A program made the position numbers and the translations under genes. 64,000 bases of DNA, from the NCBI GenBank assembly GCA_964247055.1, contig OZ176057.1, positions 3,906,001 to 3,970,000 on the forward strand, read 5' to 3'. Positions 36,101 through 48,760 of the stretch are shown in pieces. The notes under the pieces were generated by a model that did no database searches, was not told the DNA's origin, and was given only the letters and a program-made list of their open reading frames with translations. This DNA comes from Paragordius varius (Eukaryota > Animalia > Nematomorpha). Within the stretch, counting starts at the first letter, position 1, and every line of letters starts with the position of its first letter.

Positions 36101-39092
36101 GTTAAATTTAAACTTGAAATTATTTTTACTAACTTGAGGACGACCAATTTGAGATGTTTAAGGACCCACTTGAAGTGTTCAAGGACCAACTTGAATTATT
36201 CAAGGACCAACTTGAAGTGTTCAAGGACCAACTTGAAATGTTCAAGGACCAACTTGAATTGTTTAAGGACCAACTTGAATTGTTTAAGGACCAACTTGAA
36301 TTGTTCAAGGACCAACTTGAAGTGTTTAAGGACACTCTTGAAGTGCAAATGGTATATATAATAAATAAAGAAAATTAGGTTAAAAATAATAAAATAAATG
36401 CAAATATTATAGTTAAACCAACTTGAGATGTTTAAGGACCAACTTGAGATGTTTCAACTTAAAATCAATATAAATAAATTATTTGCCTTTTTAAATTTTT
36501 TTTATTTGGTATGTTTTAGATGGAAAATTCACTCATAACCCTATTGAATGGGGTCAACGTTTCGATTATTTTGGTACACAAGGGGAGTCTAGTCGCAGAC
36601 TTAGAAATTTATATTTCACATATTTGTTGGAACTTAGGGCGCTTGCTAAGGTTTCCAGCTTGCTTAAAAAGGTAAGTGTTGATTGGTTTTTTTAAACTCA
36701 TTTTCAGATTTTTAAAGTAAAAAAGTAGTTTATTGTTTTTTTTAGATTTAAAATGTGAACACGAGTTAAAAATATAAGTTTGTTCATCAAGGATTTCAGC
36801 CGTCTTATTGTTTTTTTTAACTACTTAAAGTTTTGTGAAATTTTGATTTTTTTAGGATATCCATTTTATTTTTAAAAGGGGGAGTTTGACCTTGCCTTAA
36901 AAAGTTTTATCCCAGCTTTTTTGGTGGCTTAGAAATTATAAATCTATGAGGGATTGAAAAATATTTTTTATTATATTTTTAACCATGTGCTTTTTCGTTT
37001 TTAACTTTTTGTTCTAACTAATAAGGATTAGTACAATACGCAATTACAGAAAAACCTAATTATTTTTTAATAAGAAATTTGTCGTTTAAAATTAATTTGC
37101 GGAACTTAAGAGCTAACTAATATTACCCTTGATTTTAATTTTTTTATAATGATATACCATTAACAACATAAATTCACCCTTAAACAACAATTTAAATTCA
37201 CCCTAAAAATAAATTATATGTTTTCCTGCACTAATGTAACTACTCATCATTAATATGCAATTTTCTTTATGGAATAGTATATTTTATTTTTTTAGTATTT
37301 TATATTAATTAAAAACGAAATTTCGTTTAAAAAAATATAGGTAATTTTTAACTTTTACAAACACATAATTTATTTTAGGGTGAATTTGAATTGTTCAAGG
37401 GTAAATTTGAAATTAATATATGTTCAAATTTATAAGATTTTTTTACTTATTTTCTTTAGGAACAATATTATACTGGAAATGTTGAGGATGATACATTTGT
37501 CAATAGCACTATGCACCATTTGCTGAATAGCATAAAGTAAGTTATAAGAATTATTTAAATTTAGGGTTTTTATAACCTTCCTCTTTTTTTCGAAGCGTAA
37601 AAATTGCAAATATTTTGTTCAATATTTGGTTTAAATGAGCAATTTTACACGAAAAAGTTTTTGTGTGATATAGTTTATTTTTTTAAAAGCAAAATTTGTT
37701 TAAGCCCATACATGATATTTTTTTATAACCAATTTTTTTGTGGAACAGAGGAATTATGCACTCCATTACCTTTTGAAATGGTTTTTATCCCGAGCGATTT
37801 GGTAGTTTGAATATCGTAAAAAGTATTGGAAATCTTAAGTCATTAAAAATATTCTTTTACTCTTTTGAGCGCATTATACAACAAATTTTTTTTAAAAATG
37901 TATCAGTAAAAAAAAGTACGTACCCATCTCAAACTTTTTTACCGCCCTTTTTTTTATAAAAAATTTTTTAAATTGCCAAATGTCACAGGAAAATAAATAT
38001 TTATTATGGTTAAAACATCGCAAATAATTAACTCTTATAAGCTTTTAGGCTATATAATACAAGCAAAAACTTGATTTTTGATTTTGATATATCAGTTGTT
38101 CGTTTCAATCGTGATTTTAAGCTGTCCAAATTTTAAACTCTTAGAAATCACACAACTGTAAAAATCTAAAACCTTTTTTATTTAAAACGTGAGTGATAAT
38201 TAAAATTTAACTAAAGAAATTTTCAAAACTGCAGTTGATTTACAAAATTGAGCTGTGGGATATTAAATTACCCTAAAAGGTAAACTAGGACAAAAAAGAG
38301 CAAAGATAATGAAGTGTTAACAATGGTAATCTCATAGATTTTGCATACAACAAAATTAATGATACAATAATATAAGTGGTGTTTCCCTTATAAGTAAATT
38401 AAATATTAGCGGTAAACATGTTTTGGATAACATGCTAAAATTATTCATATCAAGGTCAGTTTTTTTACATTTTTAAGCCACCTATCGAATGGGATATTCG
38501 TTTATTCTTTGCGATTTTAATTTTATTTTATGTCAAATTATTAGAAATTTTGGATGTCATTTCGATGAACACACCATGTTTTTGGGACATGAAATTGATA
38601 CTTTGCAACTTAAAGTAATATATATCACTTACACTATAAAACCTTGAACAATTCAAATTCACCCTAATAATATATTATGTGTTTTCGAACTAATTATATA
38701 ACTCATTATTAATATGAAATATATCTTTATGACATGGTTTATTATATTTTCAGTATTATTTTAATACAAAGCAAATTTTTATTTTTGAGAAAATGTATAA
38801 AAATATAGGTAATATTTAATCTTAAAAAACATATAAATTATTTGAGAGTGAATTTCAACTTTTCAAGCACACTTTAAACTTTATAATGCGAGGAAAAAAT
38901 CGTAAATGATATTGGAATTTCATAGTTTATGATAGTGTTTAAATCTATAACGGCATACTCAATCGCTATTTATACAGACAACCATATTTTTGAAATCACT
39001 TGAACATTCTGCAAAATATTCGTAATTATTAATAGATAGCTTGCTAGAAACCTAATTTGGAATTTAAACAGTGTATCCACACCTCTAAAGCT

Positions 39093-39137
<45 letters not shown>

Positions 39138-39313
39138 AAGGTTTTATAAGCAAACTACCGATGCAAAATAAAAAATTTTGTTTTCACGTATTTATTACTG
39201 AATCCCGCGTTCTAGGATTTTTTTAACAGAAAAGATTTCAAAATTTAAACAATCATGAGATACGTGGGTATTTTTTTCTTTGAGATTGGATTATTACGAG
39301 AGGGTGGTTGCCT

Positions 39314-39352
<39 letters not shown>

Positions 39353-41608
39353 ATTATAGGAAGAAATTAGATCCCATTTCTTAAATATTTCACGTATAAT
39401 GGATTGCGTTAGTTGTGACAAGTGTCGCCTTTGGGGAAAATTACAAGTTTTTTTTTTGCTATATACTTTTTTTACATTAAAAATTGAATAAAAAATAATT
39501 TAAAAAAGAGTTTTCAAAAAATTTTTAACATAAAAATTAAAAATAAAACAAATAATTATCTTTGTAATAATGTGAAAGCTATAAAAAATGCTATTTATTT
39601 GCCAACATTTTATAATGGAAGAGTATTAAATAGATTAATACAAAATTAGAGGAGGTATAAAATAATTTTTTTTCTATTACAATAAATTTATTCATCTATT
39701 GCTTTTATATTTTTTTCATAATTTTTTAATATATATTATATATATATATATACACCATTTACAGTTCAAATTCACCCTTAAACAATTCAAATTTACCCTT
39801 GAACCCCCTAACAATTCAAAATCACCCTAAAAGAAATTATGTATTTTTTAAAATTAAAAATTACCTATATTTTTTTTATTATAAAAAAAATAAAATTACC
39901 TGTAAAATATAAATAATAATGAAAAATAATAAACTATGCTATAAGAATATATTTTATATTAATGATGAGTTATATTAGCTTGAAAACACATAATTTATTT
40001 TTAGGGTGAATTTGAATTGTTCAAGGGTGAATTTGGATTGTTCGAGGGTGAATTTGAATTGTTCAAGGGTGAATTTGAATTATAAATGGTATATATTTTA
40101 TTTATTATCTAGACTCAAGGCTTAGGAACCGCATTTAAAATTCTATTTGATCCGGCTTTTTCAAATCCACGGCTTAAAAAACGCGTTCAGTTGCAAAGAA
40201 CAGAAATTGTTTCTCTTATAAATGCCTTTGGAAGGTATAAAATTTATGTTAACCCTTAAACTAATTTGTTTCATATAATCATAAAATTGAAATTAATTTT
40301 GTGGTTAAATTAATTAAAATCAAATACGTTAAAATATAATAGATATGTTTGTAATAAATTTTCTAATGTAAAGTTTTAGTGTTTTATATCTCATATAAAA
40401 CTGAAAAAAAAACATAAATTTTTTGGTAAGATTGATTGATAAATTAAATTTTTACTGCTGATTAAGATGGTAAATAATATACCATCCAAACTTTAAATTG
40501 AACCTTAAACAATTTAAATTCATTCTAACATTCCAAATCACATTAAAAATATATTATGTGTTTTCGGGCTATTTATAGCTCATCTTTAATATGAATTACA
40601 TCTTTAAGGCATTGTCTATAAATATTTTCAGTATCATGTTAATATGAAGCATACTTTCATTTTTCTTAAATATAAAATAAAATATAGATGGTTTTTAATT
40701 TATAAATCTCATAGTTTATTTTATGGTGAATCGAATTGTTTAAGGGCTAATATGAGCTTTGATTGATATATTTCACATCACACAACACCTATAAACTATT
40801 ATTAGATTAGAAAAAATTCCTCGTGTTAATTTATTTGATTATGTATCCAAACAATAATTTTAAACGGTTAAAAATCGTTAAGATTTTCATAATATGGTAT
40901 GTTTATATGTTTAATTTTATAAAAAAAACTACAGTTATATCTTTTTTTTGATCTACCAATTTTTAACATTTTACAATGTATTTTATTATAACTTTTTACG
41001 TTTTTGTAACACATTTATATATACCATTTACAGTTCAAATTCACCCTCGAACAATTCTAATTCACCCTTGAACAATTCTAATTCACCCTTGAACAATTCA
41101 AATTCACCCTAAAAATAAATTATGTGTTTTCGAACTAATATAACTCATTATTTATATAAAATATATCTTTATGGCATAATTTATTATTTTTTCAGTATTA
41201 TTTTAATTAAAACAAAATTTTATTTTTTAAAAAATATATTAAAATGTAGGTAATATTTAATCTTAAAAAACATGTTTTTTATTTGAGGGTGAATTTGAAT
41301 TGTTTGAGGGTGAATTTGAATTGTTCAAGGGTGAATTTGAATTGTTCAAGGGTGAATTTGAATTGTTTTAGGGTGAATTTGAACTGTAAATGGTATATTT
41401 AATATACTATTATCATATTATTAGACTTTCTACAAGCATCTATGAAATATCAACATATTATCGGAATTTAACATCCACAGAAATGCGAACCAAATTAAAA
41501 GTTATTAATCCTTTTGCCAAATTTTCTACGCCTTTGAGCGCGCTAAGGAGTTCATCGGCAAAACATGAAAATGGCAATAATAATAATATAAAAAAGTTGG
41601 AATTGTAA
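29010..41608 (+). CDS. ERO1: ER oxidoreductin 1 (ERO1-like), ~558 aa. Exons: 29010..29171, 29203..29325, 29392..29475, 30045..30113, 30139..30326, 30650..30720, 32457..32583, 33310..33380, 35265..35354, 36520..36671, 37460..37536, 38545..38614, 39360..39446, 40113..40234, 41425..41608
   Basis: Hydrophobic N-terminus, YFRFFK|[10 protein letters not shown], outer active site [61 protein letters not shown], inner active site [16 protein letters not shown]|[28 protein letters not shown]. Phases are all consistent; total 1677 nt. Confidence 0.96.
31197..31600. mobile_element. MITE family A copy with an expanded right-arm repeat tract
   Basis: Family A core plus extra ggataatttaaattattgtga units at ~31450-31600. 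Confidence 0.7.
31620..32500 (+). repeat. Tandem array (~170-210 bp unit) duplicating the acceptor and first ~36 nt of ERO1 exon 32457..32583
   Basis: ttttag|atga(g/a)acttctcatgattgtga occurs at ~31681, 31886, 32093, 32263 and at the real 32453. Confidence 0.9.
32777..33039. mobile_element. MITE family B type copy (Tc1/mariner-like); about 9 copies in the window
   Basis: TA|CAGTAAAATTGAAATTAAACGGACAAAAC...GTTTTGTCCGTATAATTACAGTTTTTACTG|TA. A TA TSD with CAGT termini is the Tc1/mariner signature. Confidence 0.8.
33395..33751. mobile_element. MITE family A copy
   Basis: Multiple left-arm repeats, family A core, right end gtgtaaatggtg. Confidence 0.7.
34095..34360. mobile_element. MITE family A copy
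   Basis: ACCATTTATAATTCAAATTCACCC...GGGTGAATTTGAATTGTAAATGGT. Confidence 0.8.
34830..35285 (+). repeat. Tandem array (~175-190 bp unit) duplicating the acceptor and first ~12-22 nt of ERO1 exon 35265..35354
   Basis: taacttattttag|atctttgcttt(a/g)aaaaaa occurs at ~34900, ~35095 and at the real 35253. Confidence 0.85.
35552..36354. mobile_element. MITE family C (~800 bp) with 21-bp subterminal tandem repeats (ggtccttaaacacttcaagtt)
   Basis: Left TACCATTTGTACTTCAAGAGTGTCCTT and right AAGGACACTCTTGAAGTGCAAATGGTA are inverted. About 6 repeat units on the left and about 10 on the right. Confidence 0.85.
39754..40090. mobile_element. MITE family A copy
   Basis: ACCATTTACAGTTCAAATTCACCC...GGGTGAATTTGAATTATAAATGGT in (TA)n. 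Confidence 0.85.
41023..41394. mobile_element. MITE family A type copy; about 18 copies in the window, also near 1545-1742, 3175-3344, 25340-25610, 37152-37412, 38638-38880, 40470-40760
   Basis: Perfect TIR start ACCATTTACAGTTCAAATTCACCC / GGGTGAATTTGAACTGTAAATGGT with 4-5 inverted ~19-20-bp subterminal repeats per arm. Confidence 0.9.
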
Positions 41609-42436
41609 TAATTTTTTATGTCATATTATATATTATCAGGCATTTTTGAATTTATTTAAATATTGCTTTTTTTATTTAATTTATTACCCTGTTTTATCAT
41701 ATATTATGTGACATTTAATGATTACTCCCCAGCGCTGCTAATGTGATTATTTTTTTTGTTTTGTTTTTTAAATTGCCACATCTCAATCACTAGTATTTGA
41801 AATTGTATATAAAATATTATATATATATATATAGTGAGTATTAAAAGAAACTATAATTAATTTAGGTAAAGTATAATTTATATCATCATATAATAAATTG
41901 TAATAAAATTTAGTTTCTTTTTTATGCCCTTATAAACGCTACTTCGACACCAATATTTTATTTGCAAATGAAAAGGATCATTGCTATTCAATGCATCTCC
42001 CAAAGCTTTTTTCAATAAACTTCCCCTATAATTTTGAGTTAAATTCGTTTAAAGTTAGCACACTTTTCTACAAACTTACTAGATTATGTGATTCCTCTTA
42101 TAAAACCCTCTGATAAACCAAAAAAACATTTTTTATTGATTATCTAACACGTGTAGATTTGTATCGTATTGATAAAAGCTCACAAACCTGAAACTATTGT
42201 ACAATTACTATTGATGAAAGACGCGTTTTTGTTTAAATAATGTTTTTGTTTAATTTTGAATGGTATAATTATAAATATACTATCTATTCACATATATTTG
42301 TAATATCTTAGTCGTAGGATCTATCGTAAATTATACTAATTTGTTTATTTCTTTCTGGTTTTCTTTTCAATGTGATCGTATGTATAAAAACTAATTGTAT
42401 AGGTCACACGTGATTAAATTGACCATTAATTAGATA

Positions 42437-43177
42437 TCTATATATTTATAAAAATGGAAAATGCTGGCTTTGTGATCTGGTACAGGAAAACCGGTAGACC
42501 CATTCAAATCCAAACATCGAAAAAATATAATCATTGATGAATGCTCCGACAATAGCTTCGCCCTTTTTTTGAAATAGGCCCCCAGTTCGGGCCCACCCCG
42601 TGTGAAAAACGGGTTTTTTTGAAAACAGAAGTCCACAAAAATCGTGTCTTTGAGACAATTTTCCGGAGAACGTGACCCATTCAAATCCAAATATCGAAAA
42701 AATATAATCATTAATGAATGCCCCGACAATAGCTTCGCCCTTTTTTGGAATTAGGTCCCCAGTTCGGGCCCACCCTGTGTGAAAAATGGGTTAAGTCAAT
42801 TTTTTGGAGAACGTGTTGGACCATTCAATTTCAAATATGATTTTTGTTTACTTATTTTTGATCGCGCTGAACATAGTCGACTCACTTTTTTAATTTAGGC
42901 CCTCTTTTTACCCGCTCCCCCTGTAAAATGCCATTTTTTCAAAAAACAAAGTCCACAAAAATAATTTTTTAAATCTATTTTTCCCCCAAGTAAACAATAA
43001 ATTAGTATGAATGCACCGTTTTAAGATTCCTATGAGATCATAGCTATTAAATAATTTTTCGAAATAATCCACATATGTAGATCATTTTATTGTCCCTTTT
43101 TTCAAATAACCCCCCCCCCCCCCCCAGAAGTCCGAAGGACTTCCACGGGCTGCGTAGCAACTCGAGATTTACGCTAG
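42437..43177 (+). mobile_element. Non-autonomous Helitron (~740 bp) with an internal ~180-bp duplication
   Basis: 5' A|TCTATATATTTATAAAAATG and 3' GC-rich hairpin (gcgtag...ttacgc) ending CTAG|T, i.e. inserted between A and T with no TSD. Confidence 0.75.
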
Positions 43178-43197
43178 TATATTATATATATATATAT

Positions 43198-43519
43198 ACC
43201 ATTTACAGGTCAAATTCACCCTTGAATTCAAATTTACCCTTGAACGATTCAAATTCACCCTAAAAATAAATAATGTTTTTTTGGACAAATATAACTCATT
43301 ATTAATGAGAAATATATCTTTATGGCATAGTTTATTATTTTTTCAGTATTATTTAAATTTAATACAAAATAATTTTTTAAAAATATATAAAAATATTGGG
43401 TAATTTTTAATCTATAAACATATATTTTATTTGAGGGTAAATTTGAATTGTATAAAGGTGAATTTGAATTGTTCAAGGGTGAATTTGAATTGCCCAAGGG
43501 TGAATTTGAATTGTAAATG

Positions 43520-43521
<2 letters not shown>
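43198..43521. mobile_element. MITE family A copy
   Basis: ACCATTTACAGGTCAAATTCACCC...GGGTGAATTTGAATTGTAAATGA between (TA)n runs. Confidence 0.8.
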
Positions 43522-43561
<40 letters not shown>

Positions 43562-43563
<2 letters not shown>

Positions 43564-44893
43564 CATTTCCCAGTCTAAATAAACGTTTTCCCAGTCTATC
43601 GAAACATTTTCCCAGTCTATCGAAACATTTTCCCAGTCAATCGAAACGTTTTCCCAATCAATCGAAACGTTTTCCCAATCAATCGAAACATTTTCCCAGT
43701 CAATAAAAACATTTTCCCAATCAATAAAAACGGTTTTATTTTTGATGGTAAATATTAAAACAAGATATAAAAATAACTTTTAACCATTATTAGCGTAATA
43801 TTAGGATAGTATTTTTTTATAAAAACACAATTATTGAATGACAATTTACCAAGTATATTCCAGTGCACCATTAATGACTTATTCTTTAAAAATTATATTT
43901 TTGGAATTTGAGATGTTTTTAAGATAATATTTTTTATTTTATTGATGGTTCGCAATAATAATTGCCGAACGCTTTAAAACAGTTTTTAAACATGTCAAGT
44001 TTTTCCATAAAATTACTGTCGGAAAAATATCTAAATTTAAAAATATTTAATAAAAAGATATTTGACTAAAACAGGGGTGTCTAACCAAATGGCTTCGCGG
44101 GCCGCATTACTTAAAAAGCACGGCGTTCCGCATTCTATATATTTCATAAATAATTTTTCGATTAGACATAAGACTGTAAAATACAAAAATATAACAATTT
44201 TTTTTAATTTGTTACCAATTTAATAGACTCATTAAGAGTAATTGCGTAAGATATATGAATATTACTAAGATTTTGTGGGCATATTTTTGCATATGGATTT
44301 CTAAAGGTAAAATTTATGTTTAAGATCCAATATGAAGTGTTATATAACCTTTGAGATAAAATTGATATATTATTTTCATTTTTAATATTCATCCGTAATT
44401 ATAGATTTTGTAAGTTAGCAACAAATAATGCGTACCATCAATAAAATAAAAAATATTATCTTAAAAACATCTCAAACTCCAAAAATATAATTTTTAAAGA
44501 ATAAGTTATTAATGATTGTGCACTGGAATATATTTGGAAAAATTGTCATTCAATAACTGTGTTTTTATAAAAAATAATATCCATTTATTACGCTGATAAT
44601 GGTTATCTTGGTTTGATATTTACCATCAAAAATAAAACCGTTTTTATTGATTGGGAAAATGTTTTTATTGACTGGGAAAATGTTTTTATTGACTGGGAAA
44701 ATGTTTCGATTGATTGGGAAAACGTTTCGATTGACTGGGAAAACGTTTCGATTGACTGGGAAAATGTTTCAATTGACTGGGAAAACGTTTCGATTGACTG
44801 GGAAAACGTTTCGATTGACTGGGAAAATGTTTCAATTGACTGGGAAAATGTTTCGATTGACTGGGAAAACGTTTATTTAGACTGGGAAATGGT
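43562..44893. mobile_element. Foldback element family D (~1.33 kb; ~400-bp inverted arms; 21-bp subterminal repeats aaacgttttcccagtcaatcg)
   Basis: ACCATTTCCCAGTCTAAATAAACG / CGTTTATTTAGACTGGGAAATGGT. The arms continue as an inverted repeat to ~43950 and ~44430. Both flanks are (TA)n. Confidence 0.88.
44072..44400 (+). mobile_element. hAT-Charlie-like MITE fragment nested in the family D element; second, more decayed copy at ~45245-45515
   Basis: Terminus CAGGGGTGTCTAACCAAATGGCTTCGCGGGCCGCATT resembles Charlie-type MITE ends (recalled). The internal cataagactgtaaaat is shared with the 45245 copy. Confidence 0.55.
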
Positions 44894-45639
44894 ATATATA
44901 TAATAAATTTTAAAAACATATAAATGTTTATTAAAAATTTAGTTTTTACTCATTTAAAAAGGTCATGAAACTCATAATAACCCGTGTATTTTATTATCGG
45001 GACCATTGTAACGTGTCTACTGTCTTGACATTTTGATATAAATAATTACATTTTATTTAGCGTTTTGCATTTAAATATTTGTTAGTTAAATTGATTTCTT
45101 ATACACATTTATCTTTGTAAGTTTTCATGTGTGCTCACACTTCAACATCAAAAACTTCTCTAATAATTTAGCTTTTAGACTAAACTAAAAACCGCAATTT
45201 ATGGAAATGTTTATAAAATTGTAAGACCTATCCATTCTATAAAGCAGGAATGCCCAACACAACTGGCTTGCGAGACGCATTTTTAATGTATATTGACATT
45301 CATAATAATTTATTTGAAACATAAGACTGTAAAATGCAAACATAATAATATATTGATTTACTCTAATTTTTATTAAATAGGCTGATTTAGGAATATTATT
45401 TAAGTAATATCAATTTTTTTAAGATTTTAAGCATATTTTTGTAAAGTATGTTGTATACTTATCACCGGCCGCACACAAAGTCTCAAAAGACCCTGGCGTG
45501 TGTTGAATACTTTCGCTATAAAGTATAGCTAATATTGTTTATTTTTAAGCGTGCCCGATGGTGGGCGGTAATTTGAATCGGGATCTCATGACAAAATTAA
45601 ACTTAAAAACATCAGATATCTGGGTGTTCAAAACGAATC

Positions 45640-48600
45640 CAAACGTTAAAAATGGGCTTTGGTTTTACCTAATAGGAAGTCTCAAGGGGGCCCATCTGAA
45701 CTCAGCTCGGGCACGATAGCTATGCCACAATGCATTCCACATTTAACCAATATATACAATCTAATCTTGTCAACAAATCACATCCTTAAAGATTGGTCCG
45801 AAAGTACCGTAATAATTTCAAGGGAGACTCATCGATTATGCTTCCCACAGACCTCTCAAGTTGCTAAAGCACTGGTTAAAATTGAATTAATTACATGGAC
45901 AACAATTTTTTCAACTTTTTTAACTGCCATTCTTAAAAATTTTAATTTTATTTTATTAAAGTACATAAATAGTATATCTGAAAAAAATTGTTCTAACACC
46001 TAAGATTTTTTTACTAGTTTTTATAAAATGTTTTTGCCCCCGATTTAACATTGAACTCAAAATTTTCAAAATCAAAAGTTTTAGATACAGAGCCGTGTAT
46101 TATATATCATTCGAAAGAGCGCGAAAAACTATCTTTCGAATGGTAGTTAGTCATTTACACAATCTGATGTAAAAGTTATTTGGGTTTATGTGGTGAAAAT
46201 TTTCAACTCTTAAATAAGTCAAAAATTTTACAGACAAACTAATTTAAAAAATTATTTTTATATAATTATTGGGATTACATTATTATTCTTGAAAAAGTTT
46301 TTGGTTTGCTTAAAAATAAAAATTGTTATTATGAAAATTTTTTATTTAGTGGATACTAAAATGCATATTTATAATTGTAAATTTATAACATAATAATTAT
46401 AAAAGATCAAAAATATATGAACCTATATTTTCAATTTAAAATTTAAAATTCAAAGCTTACTAAAGAAAATTAATTAATATTTACGAGATAGTAATTTAAA
46501 AAACAAAAAACTTAAAAATGGCTGTGTTGAAGGACATAAAAGCAATAAATAGTTCTAATCAAAAAAACTTTCTTGTGTTAGTTTTTTTAATCATTCATTG
46601 CCATCTACACAAAGTTTGAGCTATTTTCATCCACTAGTTTTTTAAAAATGTATTAATTAAGAAAAATGTTCTTGCTTCACGCGTTTGTCGCTTCTTATGT
46701 CCAATATCAACTATCGATGTACAACAAAGTAGTCATTTTATAGAGTTTTTATTACTCTTTCTAATGATATATTATAATGGGCATTTGTTGCATATTTTCA
46801 AAGAAAAACATTTTTTATTAAAATTTTGATAAAGAGGGCGCATAATTAAAAATTAAATTATAAAATATTCTGAGGTTAAATTATTTATAATTATTTCAAA
46901 TTAACTGCTAAAATGGTAAATATCAGAAAATGCAAAATTCGAGTGGCAAAAAATTGTCTAGTGTTATTGAATCAAAACTAAGATCAATCAGTAGCATATA
47001 TGAATTCCAATATGCTTACGAATCTAACAATTGCACGAATGATACTGTTTTCATTTTGCGAAGATTACAAGAAAATTATATAGCCAAAGTAAAAAAACTT
47101 TATCACTTATTAGAGACTTACAAAGGGCTTTCGATTGTATGCCCATGAAGTTAATTACATCCTTACTAGGATACAGCAACGTAAATGATAGGATAATCAA
47201 ATCAATAGAAATGATGTACTACAAAAAAACAAACTGCATCAGAGTTATACTAAGCAACACAGCTTTTATTCCAAAAACAGGGCTTATCAAGGATCTATCT
47301 AAAATTTACTTTTCAATAATGGATTATAAAAAAGAATAAAACAAGGCCCACAATGGGAGCTTATCCGTGCTGACGACATTGTCCTCTCACCGCAACATCA
47401 ATTGAGTTAAATTTTAAGTACAACACATTGAAATTACACTTAGAAAAGGGTGGAATGAAGATAAACATAAGCAAATCAAGGGTGCTCATAAGTGAAATTT
47501 TATATGAACGACCTAAGTTTCCATATGGACGTGTTTAGATGTAAAACTTAACTCAAGCCTATGTATATCTTGCGATGTGGGTATACAAAAAGTGCTCGCT
47601 TATAAAAGGGAGATTAATCAACGATGATAAATTTGTATGTGAATCATGAAAAAACTGTAAATCATACACATCCCTTAATATGTCAGACGCAATTGGTTAA
47701 TAATTTTCAATAACTTATGTCATATTGCCTAGGTGGAATAAATCGGACAGTTCATTATCAATCGCAACAGGCTTAGATAAAATACAATCATTTTAAAATA
47801 GCGTTTAAAAATAAACATATCTGCTAAAAACAAAGGCCTGATTAGGGTTGTGCATTTGACTTTGTCCGCTATACTTAAGTAACTATCATGGGATATTGGA
47901 TTGTGAAAATATGTTTAACGACATTTGCGTTTCACTAATAATGTCATGCTTTTTCTTAAAGGTTTGTATTATACATTTGATATTTGGATTAATTTTAATC
48001 AAGAATTTTGTTTTCAAATAAATTTTGCCACATGTTTGTGGCCTTCTGAATCTTCAAATATATTTTTTATACTGGATATTATTTACCTAATTTGTTTTAC
48101 ACTTTTTTTCATCATAGAAATATCCAAATATAAAATGTTTTTTCATTTTATTTATTCAGATACATGGAATAATTGCATATTTTCAAAGTGCTTAATTGTA
48201 TTGTTTATCGAAACAATTGGATATGCTTAAATGCTAATATTACAACGATGCATGTTTAACAATTTTATATTGTAAATTAAGCATATTTATATTAAAAAAC
48301 AATAAAATCTTACCATCTCTCTTCCAAAAAAAATTTACCACCAATTTTTCAAAAACAGGTGTTTTTTAAAATGATGGTCAAAAAATAAAGAGTCACTGAC
48401 CTGATCACGACTTGGTCAGCACAACCTAAGGCCTGATCTACAAAACAGGCATACGTCCCATCTATGGAAGCGAGACATGTCCAATGACATATTTTATCGA
48501 GTAAAAACTGATGGACATAGAAAAACGAATGTTAAAAGTATTCGTGCCAAATAGGTAAAATTCAGATTTGCATTAATTTTACCATATTTAACCTTTAAAT

Positions 48601-48760
48601 ATAATGCCCAGAAGAAATAGAATTCAGATATTTCGGACACATCAAACATCCAGAACAATGAACAAGTAAAATTTTATCCGTACAACCCGAAGGTAACAAT
48701 CATAGTAGGCCAATATTTAACCTGGAAAAGCAATAATTCGAAATTGGAGGGTATAAAAAA
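45640..48760 (+). mobile_element. Decayed RTE-like LINE, interrupted by insertions at ~45850-46900 and 47843-48428
   Basis: In order: ILKDWSESTVII; QYAYESNNCTNDTVFILRRLQENY (QxGFR..STxDxIFxLRQLxEK); IRADDIVL at ~47363; then NKGLIYKTGIRPIYGSETCP, reassembled across the hAT insertion. Confidence 0.75.
47843..48428. mobile_element. hAT-like non-autonomous element (family E, ~590 bp)
   Basis: TIR TAGGGTTGTGC / GCACAACCTA. Direct repeat aggcctgat at 47834-47842 and 48429-48437 (8-9 bp TSD). Removing the element restores the RTE reading frame. Confidence 0.8.

Noticed and set aside
35444-36378. ORFs such as [15 protein letters not shown] and [13 protein letters not shown]
   Set aside because: These are translations of the 21-bp subterminal repeats of MITE family C. 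They are open in several frames only because the unit is a multiple of 3.
44613-44919. ORFs IDWENVS-repeat / LTGKMFR-repeat
   Set aside because: These are 21-bp tandem repeats of the family D foldback arm, not a repeat protein.
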